From the NCBI GenBank assembly GCA_965218795.1, contig OZ244653.1:1280001-1344000 (forward strand): a stretch of DNA of 64,000 nucleotides, in the 5' to 3' direction. Position 1 is the stretch's first letter. Each line of letters opens with the position of its first letter. Below the pieces are notes generated by a model. The model did not search any database. It was not told the DNA's origin and was given only the letters and a program-made list of their open reading frames with translations. The DNA comes from a bacterium. GTDB lineage: Bacteria; UBA8248; JACPRG01; G963555815. The translations under genes and the position numbers were made by a program. Below are positions 38,364-48,080 of the stretch, in pieces.

Positions 38364-39140
38364 ATGATTACCGTCGAGAACGTTTACAAGCATTTCGGGG
38401 GCGTACACGCGGTCGACGGGGTGTCTCTCGTGATCGCTCAAAACACGATCACCGGGCTCATCGGCCCCAACGGAGCCGGCAAGACGACGCTGTTCAATGT
38501 CATCGCCGGGATGTACCGGCCGGATTCGGGCAGTATCCGTATGGCCGACGAGGATGTCACGGGGCTGCCGCCTCACGAACTTTTCAACAAGGGGCTTCTC
38601 CGCACCTTCCAGATCGCCCACGAATTCTCGTCCATGACCGTACGCGAAAACCTGATGATGGTTCCCGCCGGCCAGTCGGGAGAAAGCCTCGTCTCGGTCT
38701 GGTTGCGCCCCGCGCGGGTAGCCGAAGAGGAACGGACCCTGGCCGCGAGAGCCGGGGAAGTCATGGAATTCCTTACCGTCGGTCATCTCGCCGACGAGCG
38801 CGCCGGAAACCTGTCGGGCGGGCAAAAGAAGCTTCTCGAGCTGGGCCGGACGATGATGGCGGAGGCCCGGATCGTCTTCCTCGACGAGGTCGGCGCGGGC
38901 GTGAATCCGACGCTGATGAAAACCATCGGAGAGTCGATCGTCAGACTCAACCGGGAGCGCGACTATACCTTCTGCATGATCGAGCACAACATGGATACGA
39001 TCTCGAGTCTCTGCGATCCGGTTATCGTGATGGCGGAGGGCAAGGTGCTGATGGAGGGTTCGGCGGAACAGGTGATGGCGAACGAAGAGGTCATCATGAA
39101 ATATCTCGGCAGTGGGTTTTCCGGAGACGGTCCGGCATGA
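38364..39140 (+). CDS. ABC ATP-binding protein (LivG-like)
   Basis: GPNGAGKTT, LSGGQ, LDE and IEH motifs. Confidence 0.95.
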   Translation: MITVENVYKHFGGVHAVDGVSLVIAQNTITGLIGPNGAGKTTLFNVIAGMYRPDSGSIRMADEDVTGLPPHELFNKGLLRTFQIAHEFSSMTVRENLMMVPAGQSGESLVSVWLRPARVAEEERTLAARAGEVMEFLTVGHLADERAGNLSGGQKKLLELGRTMMAEARIVFLDEVGAGVNPTLMKTIGESIVRLNRERDYTFCMIEHNMDTISSLCDPVIVMAEGKVLMEGSAEQVMANEEVIMKYLGSGFSGDGPA

Positions 39141-39841
39141 GCCTGCTTGTCGGAAAGAACATGACCGGAGGATACGGCGGCGACGATATCCTCGACGGCT
39201 GCACGATCGCCGCCGAAACAGGACAGATATCGGTGATCGTCGGTCCCAATGGAGCCGGAAAATCGACCGCGATGAAGGCGATCTTCGGGATGATCGACCT
39301 TCGCCAGGGATCGGTGTGGTTGCATGGGGAAGACATCACCCGGCTTTCGCCCCGGAACCGGGTATCGAAAGGGATGGCTTTCGTTCCCCAGACCGACAAC
39401 GTGTTCCCGTCAATGACGGTGGAGGAAAACCTCGAAATGGGGGCCTTCCTTCGTCGGGACAACATCATGGAAACGATGGAACAGATCTACGAACTGTTCC
39501 CGGTCCTCAAGGACAAGCGGCGGCAACTTGCCGGCGAGCTGTCCGGAGGCCAGCGCCAGCAGGTCGCCATCGGCCGCGGCCTCATGACGCTGCCGAAGGT
39601 TCTGATGCTCGACGAGCCGACCGCGGGGGTGTCTCCGATCGTTCGAGACGAGATCATGTTCCGGATCATGGAAATTGTCCACACCGGGGTCTCGATCCTG
39701 ATGGTCGAGCAGAATGCGAGGCAGGCCCTGGCCATCGCCGATGCTGGCTATGTCCTCGTCCAGGGCCGAAACCATTATACGGATGACGGCGTCAAGCTGC
39801 TCATCGACCCCGATGTCCGGAAGTCGTTCCTCGGACAGTGA
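39137..39841 (+). CDS. ABC ATP-binding protein (LivF-like)
   Basis: GPNGAGKST, LSGGQRQ, LDEPT and VEQNA motifs; ATGA overlap with the upstream gene. Confidence 0.95.
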   Translation: MSLLVGKNMTGGYGGDDILDGCTIAAETGQISVIVGPNGAGKSTAMKAIFGMIDLRQGSVWLHGEDITRLSPRNRVSKGMAFVPQTDNVFPSMTVEENLEMGAFLRRDNIMETMEQIYELFPVLKDKRRQLAGELSGGQRQQVAIGRGLMTLPKVLMLDEPTAGVSPIVRDEIMFRIMEIVHTGVSILMVEQNARQALAIADAGYVLVQGRNHYTDDGVKLLIDPDVRKSFLGQ

Positions 39842-39844
39842 ACG

Positions 39845-40855
39845 ATGGATTTCCTGAACGCGGTCATCCTCCTCTGCAACTTCGTGATTATTCCGGCGAC
39901 CGCCTATGGCTGCCAGCTGACCCTCGGCGCGCTCGGGGTCACGCTGGTATACGGGGTTCTGCGATTTTCCAACTTTGCCCACGGCGACATCATGGCCTTC
40001 GGCACGATGATTACGATCCTCGTGACCTGGTGGCTGCAGGCGTCCGGCGTGTCTCTTGGCGTTCTGCCGACGGCGCTGCTCGCCCTTCCGGTCGGAATCG
40101 CCGCGGCCGCCGCCTTGTTGCTGGCCACGGATCGGATCGTCTACCGGTTCTACCGGCGCCGCAAGAGCGACGCGATGATATTCATGATCGCCTCCGTCGG
40201 CGTCATGTTCGTTTTCAACAGTATCGTCCGCCTGGTCATCGGCCCGGAGCATCAGCGCTTTGCCGACGGCGCCCGGTTTATCGTCAAGGCGCGTGAGTTC
40301 AAGAAGGCGACCGGGCTTTCCGAAGGTCTGACGATCAATGTGCCGCAGTCCATCACCGTCGTCGCCGCCGTCATCGCCGTCACGGCCCTGTTCTGGTTCA
40401 TCGGACGGACCCGCACCGGAAAATCCATGCGGGCGATGGCCGATAACGAGGATCTCGCAGCTCTGTGCGGTATCAATGCCGAGCGCGTGATCGCGGTCAC
40501 CTGGATACTCACCGCGGCGCTCGCCACCACGGCCGGCGTGCTGTACGGCCTGGACAAGGGCTTCAAGCCTTTCACCTACTTCCAACTCCTGCTGCCGATA
40601 TTCGCCGCGGCGATTGTCGGCGGACTCGGCAATCCGGTCGGCGCCATCGCGGGAGGGTTCGTGGTCGCTTTCTCCGAGATATCGATTACGTACGCTTTCA
40701 AGAAATTTCTCGGCTATATCCTGCCGGAGAGCATGAGGCCCGAAAACCTCGTCCAGATTCTTTCGACCGATTACAAGCTGGCGGTTTCTTTCGGCATCCT
40801 GATTCTCGTCCTCATGTTCAAGCCGACTGGCCTTTTCACGCGCGGATCGAAGTGA
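39845..40855 (+). CDS. ABC permease (LivH-like)
   Basis: NFAHGD, GKSMRA.ADN and VGGLG motifs. Confidence 0.93.
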   Translation: MDFLNAVILLCNFVIIPATAYGCQLTLGALGVTLVYGVLRFSNFAHGDIMAFGTMITILVTWWLQASGVSLGVLPTALLALPVGIAAAAALLLATDRIVYRFYRRRKSDAMIFMIASVGVMFVFNSIVRLVIGPEHQRFADGARFIVKAREFKKATGLSEGLTINVPQSITVVAAVIAVTALFWFIGRTRTGKSMRAMADNEDLAALCGINAERVIAVTWILTAALATTAGVLYGLDKGFKPFTYFQLLLPIFAAAIVGGLGNPVGAIAGGFVVAFSEISITYAFKKFLGYILPESMRPENLVQILSTDYKLAVSFGILILVLMFKPTGLFTRGSK

Positions 40856-42150
40856 ACCGGAAAAACACCGCTCTGTTTGCGGCCGTCTTTGCGCTGCTCG
40901 TTCTCGTCGGTCTGGCGCAGAGCTGGTCCGTTGCGCTGACGATTCTCAACCTGTGCCTGATCTCGGCGATCATGAGCCTCGGGCTCAATGCGCAATGGGG
41001 GTATGCGGGCCTGTTCAACTTCGGAACCATGGGCTTCGTTGCGCTGGGCGGCGTGGCCGCCGTCATCGTCGGCATGCCGCCGGTCGGAGCGGCCTGGGCC
41101 GCGGGAGGATTGCAGGTCATCGCCGCGCTGCTGCTTGGCGCCGGAACCGTCACCGTCGCGATATTCCTCTGGAGACGGATGAGTCCCGGCCGCCGGCGCT
41201 GGTTCGCGCTCATTGCAATCCTGGTCGCCGGCGGTTTCCTGTTCCGACTCGTCTTGGATCCGGCGGTCGCCGCCATTGAAAGGGTGAATCCCGCCGCCAC
41301 CGGTTATCTCGGCGGGCTCGGCCTTCCCATCCTTATTTCCTGGCCCGTCGGCGGGCTGCTGGCGGCCGGCGCCGCCTGGATCGTCGGCAAGATGGCGCTG
41401 GGGCTTCGTACGGATTACCTGGCCATCACGACGTTCGGAATCGCCGAAATCATCATTATTGTCATCAAGAACGAAGACTGGCTTGTCCGCGGCGTCAAGA
41501 ACGTCACCGGTCTTCCCCGTCCGGTCGCCTACGAGGTGGATCTTCAGAAATCGGAAGCCTTCCTCGGATGGGCGTCGCGTCTCGGCGTGGATCCGGTCGA
41601 TCTGTCATCGGCATATGTGAAGCTGTCCTATGCCGCCCTGTTCGCCGCCGTGCTGCTGGTTCTGCTGTGGCTGTCCCAGAAAGCGCTCAATTCGCCCTGG
41701 GGGCGGATGATGCGCGCGATCCGCGACAACGAGACCGCGGCGGAAGCCATGGGAAAGAACGTGGCCGCTCGACACTTGCAGACATTCATTCTGGGCTCGG
41801 CCGTCTGCGGCATCGCGGGCGCGATGATCACCACGCTGGACGGCCAGCTCACCCCCGGTTCCTACCAGCCTCTGCGTTTCACGTTCCTGGTCTGGGTCAT
41901 GGTGATCCTCGGCGGCTCCGGAAATAACTGGGGCGCCGTTCTCGGGGGCATGATTGTCTGGTTTCTTTGGGTAGAGGTCGAACCGGTAGGGCTATGGCTG
42001 ATGGACGTAGTTACCGCCGGCCTGCCGGAAGGCAGCGGCCTGCGCGCCCATTTGCTGCGCTCGGCCGCTTACATGCGGCTGTTGACGATGGGCGTTATTC
42101 TTCTTCTTGTCCTAAGATTCTTTCCGCGCGGACTTATTCCGGAAAAGTGA
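40852..42150 (+). CDS. ABC permease (LivM-like)
   Basis: GYAGLFNFG, LRTDYLAI, SPWGRMMRAIRDNE and LGGSGN motifs; GTG start overlaps the upstream stop. Confidence 0.93.
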   Translation: MNRKNTALFAAVFALLVLVGLAQSWSVALTILNLCLISAIMSLGLNAQWGYAGLFNFGTMGFVALGGVAAVIVGMPPVGAAWAAGGLQVIAALLLGAGTVTVAIFLWRRMSPGRRRWFALIAILVAGGFLFRLVLDPAVAAIERVNPAATGYLGGLGLPILISWPVGGLLAAGAAWIVGKMALGLRTDYLAITTFGIAEIIIIVIKNEDWLVRGVKNVTGLPRPVAYEVDLQKSEAFLGWASRLGVDPVDLSSAYVKLSYAALFAAVLLVLLWLSQKALNSPWGRMMRAIRDNETAAEAMGKNVAARHLQTFILGSAVCGIAGAMITTLDGQLTPGSYQPLRFTFLVWVMVILGGSGNNWGAVLGGMIVWFLWVEVEPVGLWLMDVVTAGLPEGSGLRAHLLRSAAYMRLLTMGVILLLVLRFFPRGLIPEK

Positions 42151-42347
42151 GACCCGCGACAGGCAACCGAAACGTCCGCTGACAGTTCCTGCTCATTGCG
42201 AACGGCCATCCCGCACACGATCATGACAGGCTATATGGACGCCTCCCGGTTTGTGAAGGACGATTCGGAGCACCTGGAGTCGCCCCGATTCGGTGGATAT
42301 TCTCAGGCTGTGCGTTTGGGTATCTCCTGTCTAACGAAACGAATGCC

Positions 42348-44753
42348 GTGAAGACACTGATCCATGCCTTGGCTCTTTTCGCCCTGATTGCGGCTTCGGG
42401 TTGTGGGGGCGGAGGTGGTGGATCGTCTCGGATGCCGCCTCCACCACCGCCCCAGCCGCAACCTCCGGCGCCGTCCCAGCCGCAGCCTCCGGCCCCGCCC
42501 CAGCCGCAGCCGCCCTGCATTCAGACCGCCGAGCTGGGATGCCTGTCATCGGCGGAGTACGAACAGAGGCGTGACGAAATCGCCGAACTCCACAATGGCG
42601 AGGACGATTTCAAAAACCAGTGGGGGCTGAGCACGATCCGGTCGGACCGGGCCTACGCGCAACTCGAGCTGGAGCACGGCGCCGGTACGGAACCGGGCAG
42701 CGGCATCACGGTCGGCGTGATCGACTCCGGGATCGATACGGGGCACCCGGTGTTCGCCGGCAAGACGGTGACCGAGGAGTTTCTGAGCGGGGCAACGGAC
42801 GAGACCGGCGACGAGAGGTCCCACGGCACGGCGGTCGCGAGCGTGATCGTGGGTAAGCCGAGCGCCACGTTCACCGACGCGGTGACTGCCGCCCGCGGCG
42901 TCGCCCGGGGCGCCGATATCGCGATGTTCGCCATCCGGGCCGGTTCGAGAAGCGGCAACTATGTCCCGGTATCGCTGGCCGGCCTCGACAGCGGAGACGA
43001 CGTATGGGCGGGTTGGTTAAGCCGCGCGCTCGAATGGAACAGCGGCGGCCGGACCATCGATTTCGTGAATCTGAGCGTGGGCTACCACGGAATCATCGAC
43101 CAGTACAGCGAACAGCAGCTCCGCGACAACTTCGGCGACGCGATCGCCGCGATCGCACAGAGCGGCGCGAGCGACAAGACCGTCTTCGTCTGGTCCGCCG
43201 GCAACGCCCACGGAGACCCGTGCGATGCGGCCGACTTTCCGAACCATCCGGAACTCTGCGCAGGGGACGCCGTCGTCGCCAAGTCGGTCGAGGTGCTGTC
43301 CGGCCTGCCCGCGCGAATCTCCCAGTTGCGCGGGCACCATATCGCCGTCGTGGCGATCGGTGGGGACGGCGAGATCACCTCCTTCTCCAATCGCTGCGGC
43401 ATCGCGGCCGACTGGTGCCTCGCGGCCCCCGGCGCAGGGGTGCGGGCGGCCTATTTCGGACCCCACCCCGACGACAACACTCCGGGAGCCCGGGGCGCCT
43501 ACACCGCGAACGGAACATCCTTTGCCGCGCCCATGGTGACGGGCGGGCTCGCGGTGATGAAGCATTATTTCCGCGACCAGCTCTCGAACACCGCCCTGGT
43601 CGCACGGCTTCTGGCGACGGCCAACAACGAGGGCATCTATTCGGACGGCGACACTTACGGCCAGGGTCTGATGGACCTGGCCGCCGCGACGGCGCCGGTC
43701 GGCGTCGCGAGCGTCGCGCTCAGCGACCGGGTGGACGGCCCCGGCAACGATCTGGCGGCGACCCGTTTCGCGCTTGGCGGCGCGCTCGGCGACGGTCTCA
43801 CACAGGCGCTCGCCGGGCTGGAGATCGCGGCCTTCGACTCCCTGGGCGCACCGTTCTGGTTCTCGCTCGGCGATTTCACCGGCGCCGGTCCCGGCCTCCC
43901 GGCGGCTGGGCGGCTGCGCGGCTTCATGGCGCCGCTGCGGGCGGGTCGGGAGTCCGGGGCATTTCGGCCCGCCTTCGGTGCGGTCGCGGCCGATGATAGC
44001 GCCGCCGGCCCGGCCCCGTTTCGGCTCGGTCTGCTGGAAGCGCCTGCCCTGGGCACCGACGGCGGGCATCTCTCGCTCGCCGGGCCGGCGCTGACCCTGA
44101 GCACGGCGGAGCGGGAGGGGTTGAGCTTTGCCGCCTTCTCGACCGAAGGGATGCGCGGACAAGCGCCGGCGTCAGGCGCCACCTTGTCGTGGCGGCCGTC
44201 CGAGGCGCCGGTCGGTGTGCGCGGCGGCTGGGTGGCCGAGGGCGAGACCCTGCTCGGCAGCACGTCAACCGGCGCCTTCGGGCGGGTATCGGCCAGTTCC
44301 GCCTTCGCCGGCATCGAGGGGAACGCGCGGATCGGCGCGTGGCGGATCGACGCCGGCGCCGAAATCGGCACGGTTAACGCGGCGGCGCGCGGCGGGATAC
44401 TCGCCGGCTTGTCGCCCCTGACCACCAGCGCGTTTGCCCTCCAGGCGGAGAGGCCGCTGGCCGAAGGGACTACGCTGCTGCTCTCGGTGGCGCAGCCGCT
44501 CCGCGTCGAGGCCGGCCGCGCCAGGCTCTCGGTTCCGATCGGCCGCACCAAGGACGGGCGCGTGCTGCGCCGGTCGGTGTCGGCCGATCTCGAGCCCACG
44601 GGCCGGCAGATCGACGTCACGGCCCAATGGCGTCTGGCCCTGACAGAGGACGGCGAACTGCGCCTGGGCGCGGGCTGGACCTGGCAGCCGGGACACAACG
44701 CGGCGGCGGACCCCGATCTCAGCCTCCTCGCCGGTTGGCGCTACACTTTCTGA
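42348..44753 (+). CDS. Lipoprotein S8 subtilase with a C-terminal beta-rich (autotransporter-like) domain
   Basis: Lipobox ASG-C, Gly/Pro linker, triad motifs VIDSG / HGTAV / GTSFAAP, oxyanion SAGN, C-terminal ...GWRYTF. Confidence 0.88.
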   Translation: MKTLIHALALFALIAASGCGGGGGGSSRMPPPPPPQPQPPAPSQPQPPAPPQPQPPCIQTAELGCLSSAEYEQRRDEIAELHNGEDDFKNQWGLSTIRSDRAYAQLELEHGAGTEPGSGITVGVIDSGIDTGHPVFAGKTVTEEFLSGATDETGDERSHGTAVASVIVGKPSATFTDAVTAARGVARGADIAMFAIRAGSRSGNYVPVSLAGLDSGDDVWAGWLSRALEWNSGGRTIDFVNLSVGYHGIIDQYSEQQLRDNFGDAIAAIAQSGASDKTVFVWSAGNAHGDPCDAADFPNHPELCAGDAVVAKSVEVLSGLPARISQLRGHHIAVVAIGGDGEITSFSNRCGIAADWCLAAPGAGVRAAYFGPHPDDNTPGARGAYTANGTSFAAPMVTGGLAVMKHYFRDQLSNTALVARLLATANNEGIYSDGDTYGQGLMDLAAATAPVGVASVALSDRVDGPGNDLAATRFALGGALGDGLTQALAGLEIAAFDSLGAPFWFSLGDFTGAGPGLPAAGRLRGFMAPLRAGRESGAFRPAFGAVAADDSAAGPAPFRLGLLEAPALGTDGGHLSLAGPALTLSTAEREGLSFAAFSTEGMRGQAPASGATLSWRPSEAPVGVRGGWVAEGETLLGSTSTGAFGRVSASSAFAGIEGNARIGAWRIDAGAEIGTVNAAARGGILAGLSPLTTSAFALQAERPLAEGTTLLLSVAQPLRVEAGRARLSVPIGRTKDGRVLRRSVSADLEPTGRQIDVTAQWRLALTEDGELRLGAGWTWQPGHNAAADPDLSLLAGWRYTF
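42450..42515 (+). repeat. 24-bp coding tandem repeat, ~2.7 copies (P/S-QPQPPAP)
   Basis: ccccagccgcaacctccggcgccg / tcccagccgcagcctccggccccg / ccccagccgcagccgccc. Confidence 0.85.
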
Positions 44754-44879
44754 TTCCGGTCGAGACGGGCCGTGTGGCCGGAGGTGGGGCTGGACGAGGT
44801 GGGATGATCGCCAACCGGGAGCCAGGCGCCGTGCCTCGTCCGTTCTGGCCGGGTACGCGGCGCGTCGGCTTGTGGAGGC

Positions 44880-45350
44880 TGCCGGCGCAGCGCCGGTTTG
44901 CCCGCCGGTTTCTCTTCAGGCCGCCACCGGGACAAATAGGCTGTTACCTATCTCACTTCAAAGCCTACCGCGCCCTGTTGGACTCCGGAGACGAGTCCGC
45001 GCTTATCCTGGAGGACGATGCCGAACTCTCGTCCGAGTTGCCCGATTGCCTTGACCCGATGACCCACGCGGCCCAGGAGATCGATCTCCTGTTCCTGGAG
45101 GACCGGCGCCCGCATCGGGCCAATTGGTCCGATAAGCCCGGCCCGCCAGATTTGCCTCAAGCGTTTTAGCGGAATTGGCGCCACCTCTTACACGATCAAC
45201 CGCCGCGGAGAGCCAACTCGGCGATCATCGCCTCCCCCTGCGCCGTCGGTCCGGCTGGATCGATCGGGCCGCGTGGCGGATTCATCGAACCCGGGACAGG
45301 CTTGTGAAGCATCTTTTTTCAGGGTTCAACAAAAGAGAATGGTGCGCGCC
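44880..45350 (+). pseudogene. Degraded glycosyltransferase family 25 gene
   Basis: GQIGCYLSH...ALILEDDA motif, then GATSYTINRRG in another frame; N-terminus missing. Boundaries approximate. Confidence 0.7.
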
Positions 45351-45384
45351 TATCGCAAGATCTCAATGCCCGCCTTTTTCATGC

Positions 45385-45607
45385 GGATTCCCACGCAAGC
45401 GGGAATGACGGGCTTGGGGGCTAGTCCCCGAAGGCTCCCGTTGGAGGCCATGCCGCATGGGTTCCCGTCCCCGTCCGGCAACAAGGCCGCTCCGCCGCGT
45501 GAAGCCGAACAGCCGTCTCCCCCCCACCGGCTCGGCTGCGCCTTGCCGACTCCCCCTCAAGGGGGGAGTGATTCAAGGACCAGGGGGAGGCTTCCACGGG
45601 AATGACA
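45385..45607. repeat. Cluster of REP-like palindromes
   Basis: GGATTCCCACGCAAGCGGGAATGAC (45385-45409), ACTCCCCCTCAAGGGGGGAGT (45549-45569), and a second GGGAATGAC near 45600. Confidence 0.6.
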
Positions 45608-45629
45608 GTCGGAACGCTTCGCGCATTCC

Positions 45630-46040
45630 TCAGTCCGGCTTCGCCTCGACCAGCTCGATCAACGCCCCGTTCGTGCTTTTGGGATGGAAAAAGAAGATCA
45701 GCTCGCCCTGAATGCCCGGCCGCGGCTCTTCGTCCAGCGGTTCCAGGCCCTCCTCGATCATGGTTTTGACCGCCTTGTGGATGTCCGGCACCTGGTAGGC
45801 CAGGTGATGGATCCCCTCCCCCCGCTTCTTGAGGAACCTGTCCATGACCGTACCCTCTTTGGTCGGAGCGAGGAATTCGATGGCCGTATCGCCGATCATC
45901 ACAAAGGCCGCATCCACTTCGTCGTTGTGGTTGGGATGGCGGCTTCGGACCTTTCCCCCCAGCGTTTTTTCGTAGTTCTCGATGGCCGCCTCCATATCCG
46001 ACACGGTTACGCCGATGTGATCCAATTTTCCCAGTTCCAC
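45630..46040 (-). CDS. mce: Methylmalonyl-CoA epimerase (VOC family)
   Basis: DHIGV, IEFL, GEGIHHLAY and FFHPKSTNGALIELVE motifs; RBS GGAGG before GTG 46040. Confidence 0.88.
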   Translation of the reverse strand: MELGKLDHIGVTVSDMEAAIENYEKTLGGKVRSRHPNHNDEVDAAFVMIGDTAIEFLAPTKEGTVMDRFLKKRGEGIHHLAYQVPDIHKAVKTMIEEGLEPLDEEPRPGIQGELIFFFHPKSTNGALIELVEAKPD

Positions 46041-46195
46041 GGTGATCCCTCCAGGCATGAGGAAACGCGCCCGCTCTGATTTCGCCGGGCACAGGGCCAA
46101 TGATTTACAATTCCATCGTTCGCCCGGCTACGGCGCTCATTGGGCGCCGCGAAAACGGAGAGGCGCGTTGCCTCCCCAAAAGCCCCCTGAATCCA

Positions 46196-46750
46196 TCAAG
46201 CGCGGTCAATCACCACCTCATCGCGGTCGTCGACTTCGCGCAGGAGCACCCGGACGCGGTCCTCCGGGCCGGTGGACACCTTCCGGCCGACGAAATCCGC
46301 GCTGATCGGCAACTCGCGGCCCTCGCGGTCAACCAGGACGGCCAGGCTGATGCGGCTCGGCCGGCCGAAGCTCATCACGCCCGTCATCGCGGCGCGCACC
46401 GTCCGCCCCGTCCATAGCACATCGTCCACCAGGACGATGTGAATCCCCTCCACGCCGAAGGGGATCTCGGTCCGATGGATCTGGATACCGGTCCGGAGGG
46501 GGTCATAATCATCCCTGTATATCGTGGCATCAAGCACACCGGCGGGAACCTGTCCCTCTCCCCGGGAATCCTCTCCGTGCGCCGCGACGGACTCCCGGAG
46601 GCGATTGGCCAGAAACTCACCCCGCGTCCGAATTCCCACCAAGGCCAGGTTGCGGACCCCCCGGTTTTCTTCCACGATTTCCGCTCCCATTCGGTCCAGG
46701 GCCCTTTGAATGTCGTCCATCGTCAGGATGCAGCGCGCGTTGCCGCTCAT
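46196..46750 (-). CDS. pyrR: Bifunctional pyr regulator / uracil phosphoribosyltransferase
   Basis: GIRTRG, YRDD, LVDDVLWTGRTVRAA and DR..RELPISADFVG motifs. Confidence 0.95.
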   Translation of the reverse strand: MSGNARCILTMDDIQRALDRMGAEIVEENRGVRNLALVGIRTRGEFLANRLRESVAAHGEDSRGEGQVPAGVLDATIYRDDYDPLRTGIQIHRTEIPFGVEGIHIVLVDDVLWTGRTVRAAMTGVMSFGRPSRISLAVLVDREGRELPISADFVGRKVSTGPEDRVRVLLREVDDRDEVVIDRA

Positions 46751-48015
46751 GGCGTTTCCCCTTCGGGCTCGGCATCCGCCAGCCGCCGGACCGCCTCCAG
46801 GACGACCCGCGAACCCTGGACGACCTCCTCCAGCTCGGTCCATTCGGCGGGGTTGTGGCTGATGCCTTCCCGGCAGGGGACCAGGACCAGGCCGGTCTTC
46901 GCGATCCGGGCGATCTGCATCGCATCGTGTCCCGCGCCGCAGGGCATCAACCGGTAGGAAAACGCCTCCGCCCGGCAGGCCTCCTCGATCAGATCGACCA
47001 TCTTCGGCTCCATCGCCACGGGAAGCCCCCGGGCCAGCCGGTTGATCTCCACTTGGAGGTCCCGCTCGCGCGCGATGGCTTCGGCCCGTGATTTCACCTG
47101 TTCCTCGATCTCGTCCTTGGCCGGTTCCGACGTGCTCCGGATATCGATACCCAGCTCCACGCGGCCGGGGATCACGTTCATTGCGCAGGGATGGACGCGG
47201 ACGACGCCCACCGTCCCCACAACCGACGGGTCGGTCCCCCGGCAGAGGGTTTCGACAGCCGCGGTCAGGTGGGCCGCCGCCACGAAGGCGTCGCGGCGGA
47301 GGTTCATGGGCGTCGCGCCGGAATGGTCCGCCCGTCCGATGAAGGTCACCTGCAACCGCGTCGAGTTGGCGATGGCCGTCGCGATTCCGATGTTCAGGCC
47401 TTCGGTCTCCAGCACCCTCCCCTGCTCGATGTGGACCTCGAAGAACGCATGTACATCCCCAGGCGACAGCCTTGCCGAGGCGATCGTATCCGCGTCGAAC
47501 CCCTGGATGGAGAGGAGGTCCCCCAACCGGTACCCTTCGGCGTCCTTGAGCTCCAGGAATTCCTCGGGCCGGAAAATCCCCGCGGCCACACCGGAGCCGA
47601 TGGTCGCCAGCCCGAACCGGCTGGATTCCTCCGAGACGAACACCACGGCCTCCACCGGGCGGCCCGGAGGTTCCGGGTCTTCGCGCAAGGCCCTTGCGAC
47701 CTCCAGGGCGGCCGCGACGCCGACGCTTCCGTCGAACTTGCCGCCGGAGGGAACGGTGTCGATATGGGACCCGACCCAAATCGGGGCCGTTTCCGGACTC
47801 CGGCCCTCGACTCGCCCGAAGAGGTTGCCGATGCCGTCCATCCGTACAGACAGACCGGCCGCCTGCATCAGATGAAAAGCCAGTTGCCGGGCTGCAATCT
47901 CCTGCTGAGAGAAAGAGAGCCTCTGAACGCCTCCGTCGGGCCGGGCGCCAATTCGGGCAAACCGGACCAGATCCGAACGTATGCGGCCGGATTGAATTGC
48001 GGGCCTTGTCCTCAT
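46747..48015 (-). CDS. M20-family Zn amidohydrolase (N-carbamoyl-amino-acid / allantoate / beta-ureidopropionase type)
   Basis: GSHIDTVPSGGKFDG, EESSRF, EVHIEQG, HSGATPM, GAGHDA and SHNPAE motifs. Confidence 0.93.
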   Translation of the reverse strand: MRTRPAIQSGRIRSDLVRFARIGARPDGGVQRLSFSQQEIAARQLAFHLMQAAGLSVRMDGIGNLFGRVEGRSPETAPIWVGSHIDTVPSGGKFDGSVGVAAALEVARALREDPEPPGRPVEAVVFVSEESSRFGLATIGSGVAAGIFRPEEFLELKDAEGYRLGDLLSIQGFDADTIASARLSPGDVHAFFEVHIEQGRVLETEGLNIGIATAIANSTRLQVTFIGRADHSGATPMNLRRDAFVAAAHLTAAVETLCRGTDPSVVGTVGVVRVHPCAMNVIPGRVELGIDIRSTSEPAKDEIEEQVKSRAEAIARERDLQVEINRLARGLPVAMEPKMVDLIEEACRAEAFSYRLMPCGAGHDAMQIARIAKTGLVLVPCREGISHNPAEWTELEEVVQGSRVVLEAVRRLADAEPEGETP

Positions 48016-48051
48016 CGATGTCTCTCCTGACCGCAAACCGCTGGAATCGGC

Positions 48052-48080
48052 ATCGTGCGAAATCCCCGGCCCTGTGTCAA
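48052..48080 (-). promoter_or_regulatory. Candidate sigma70 promoter for the amidohydrolase-pyrR unit
   Basis: Minus strand TTGACA (48080-48075), 17 nt, CACGAT (48057-48052). Confidence 0.45.
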
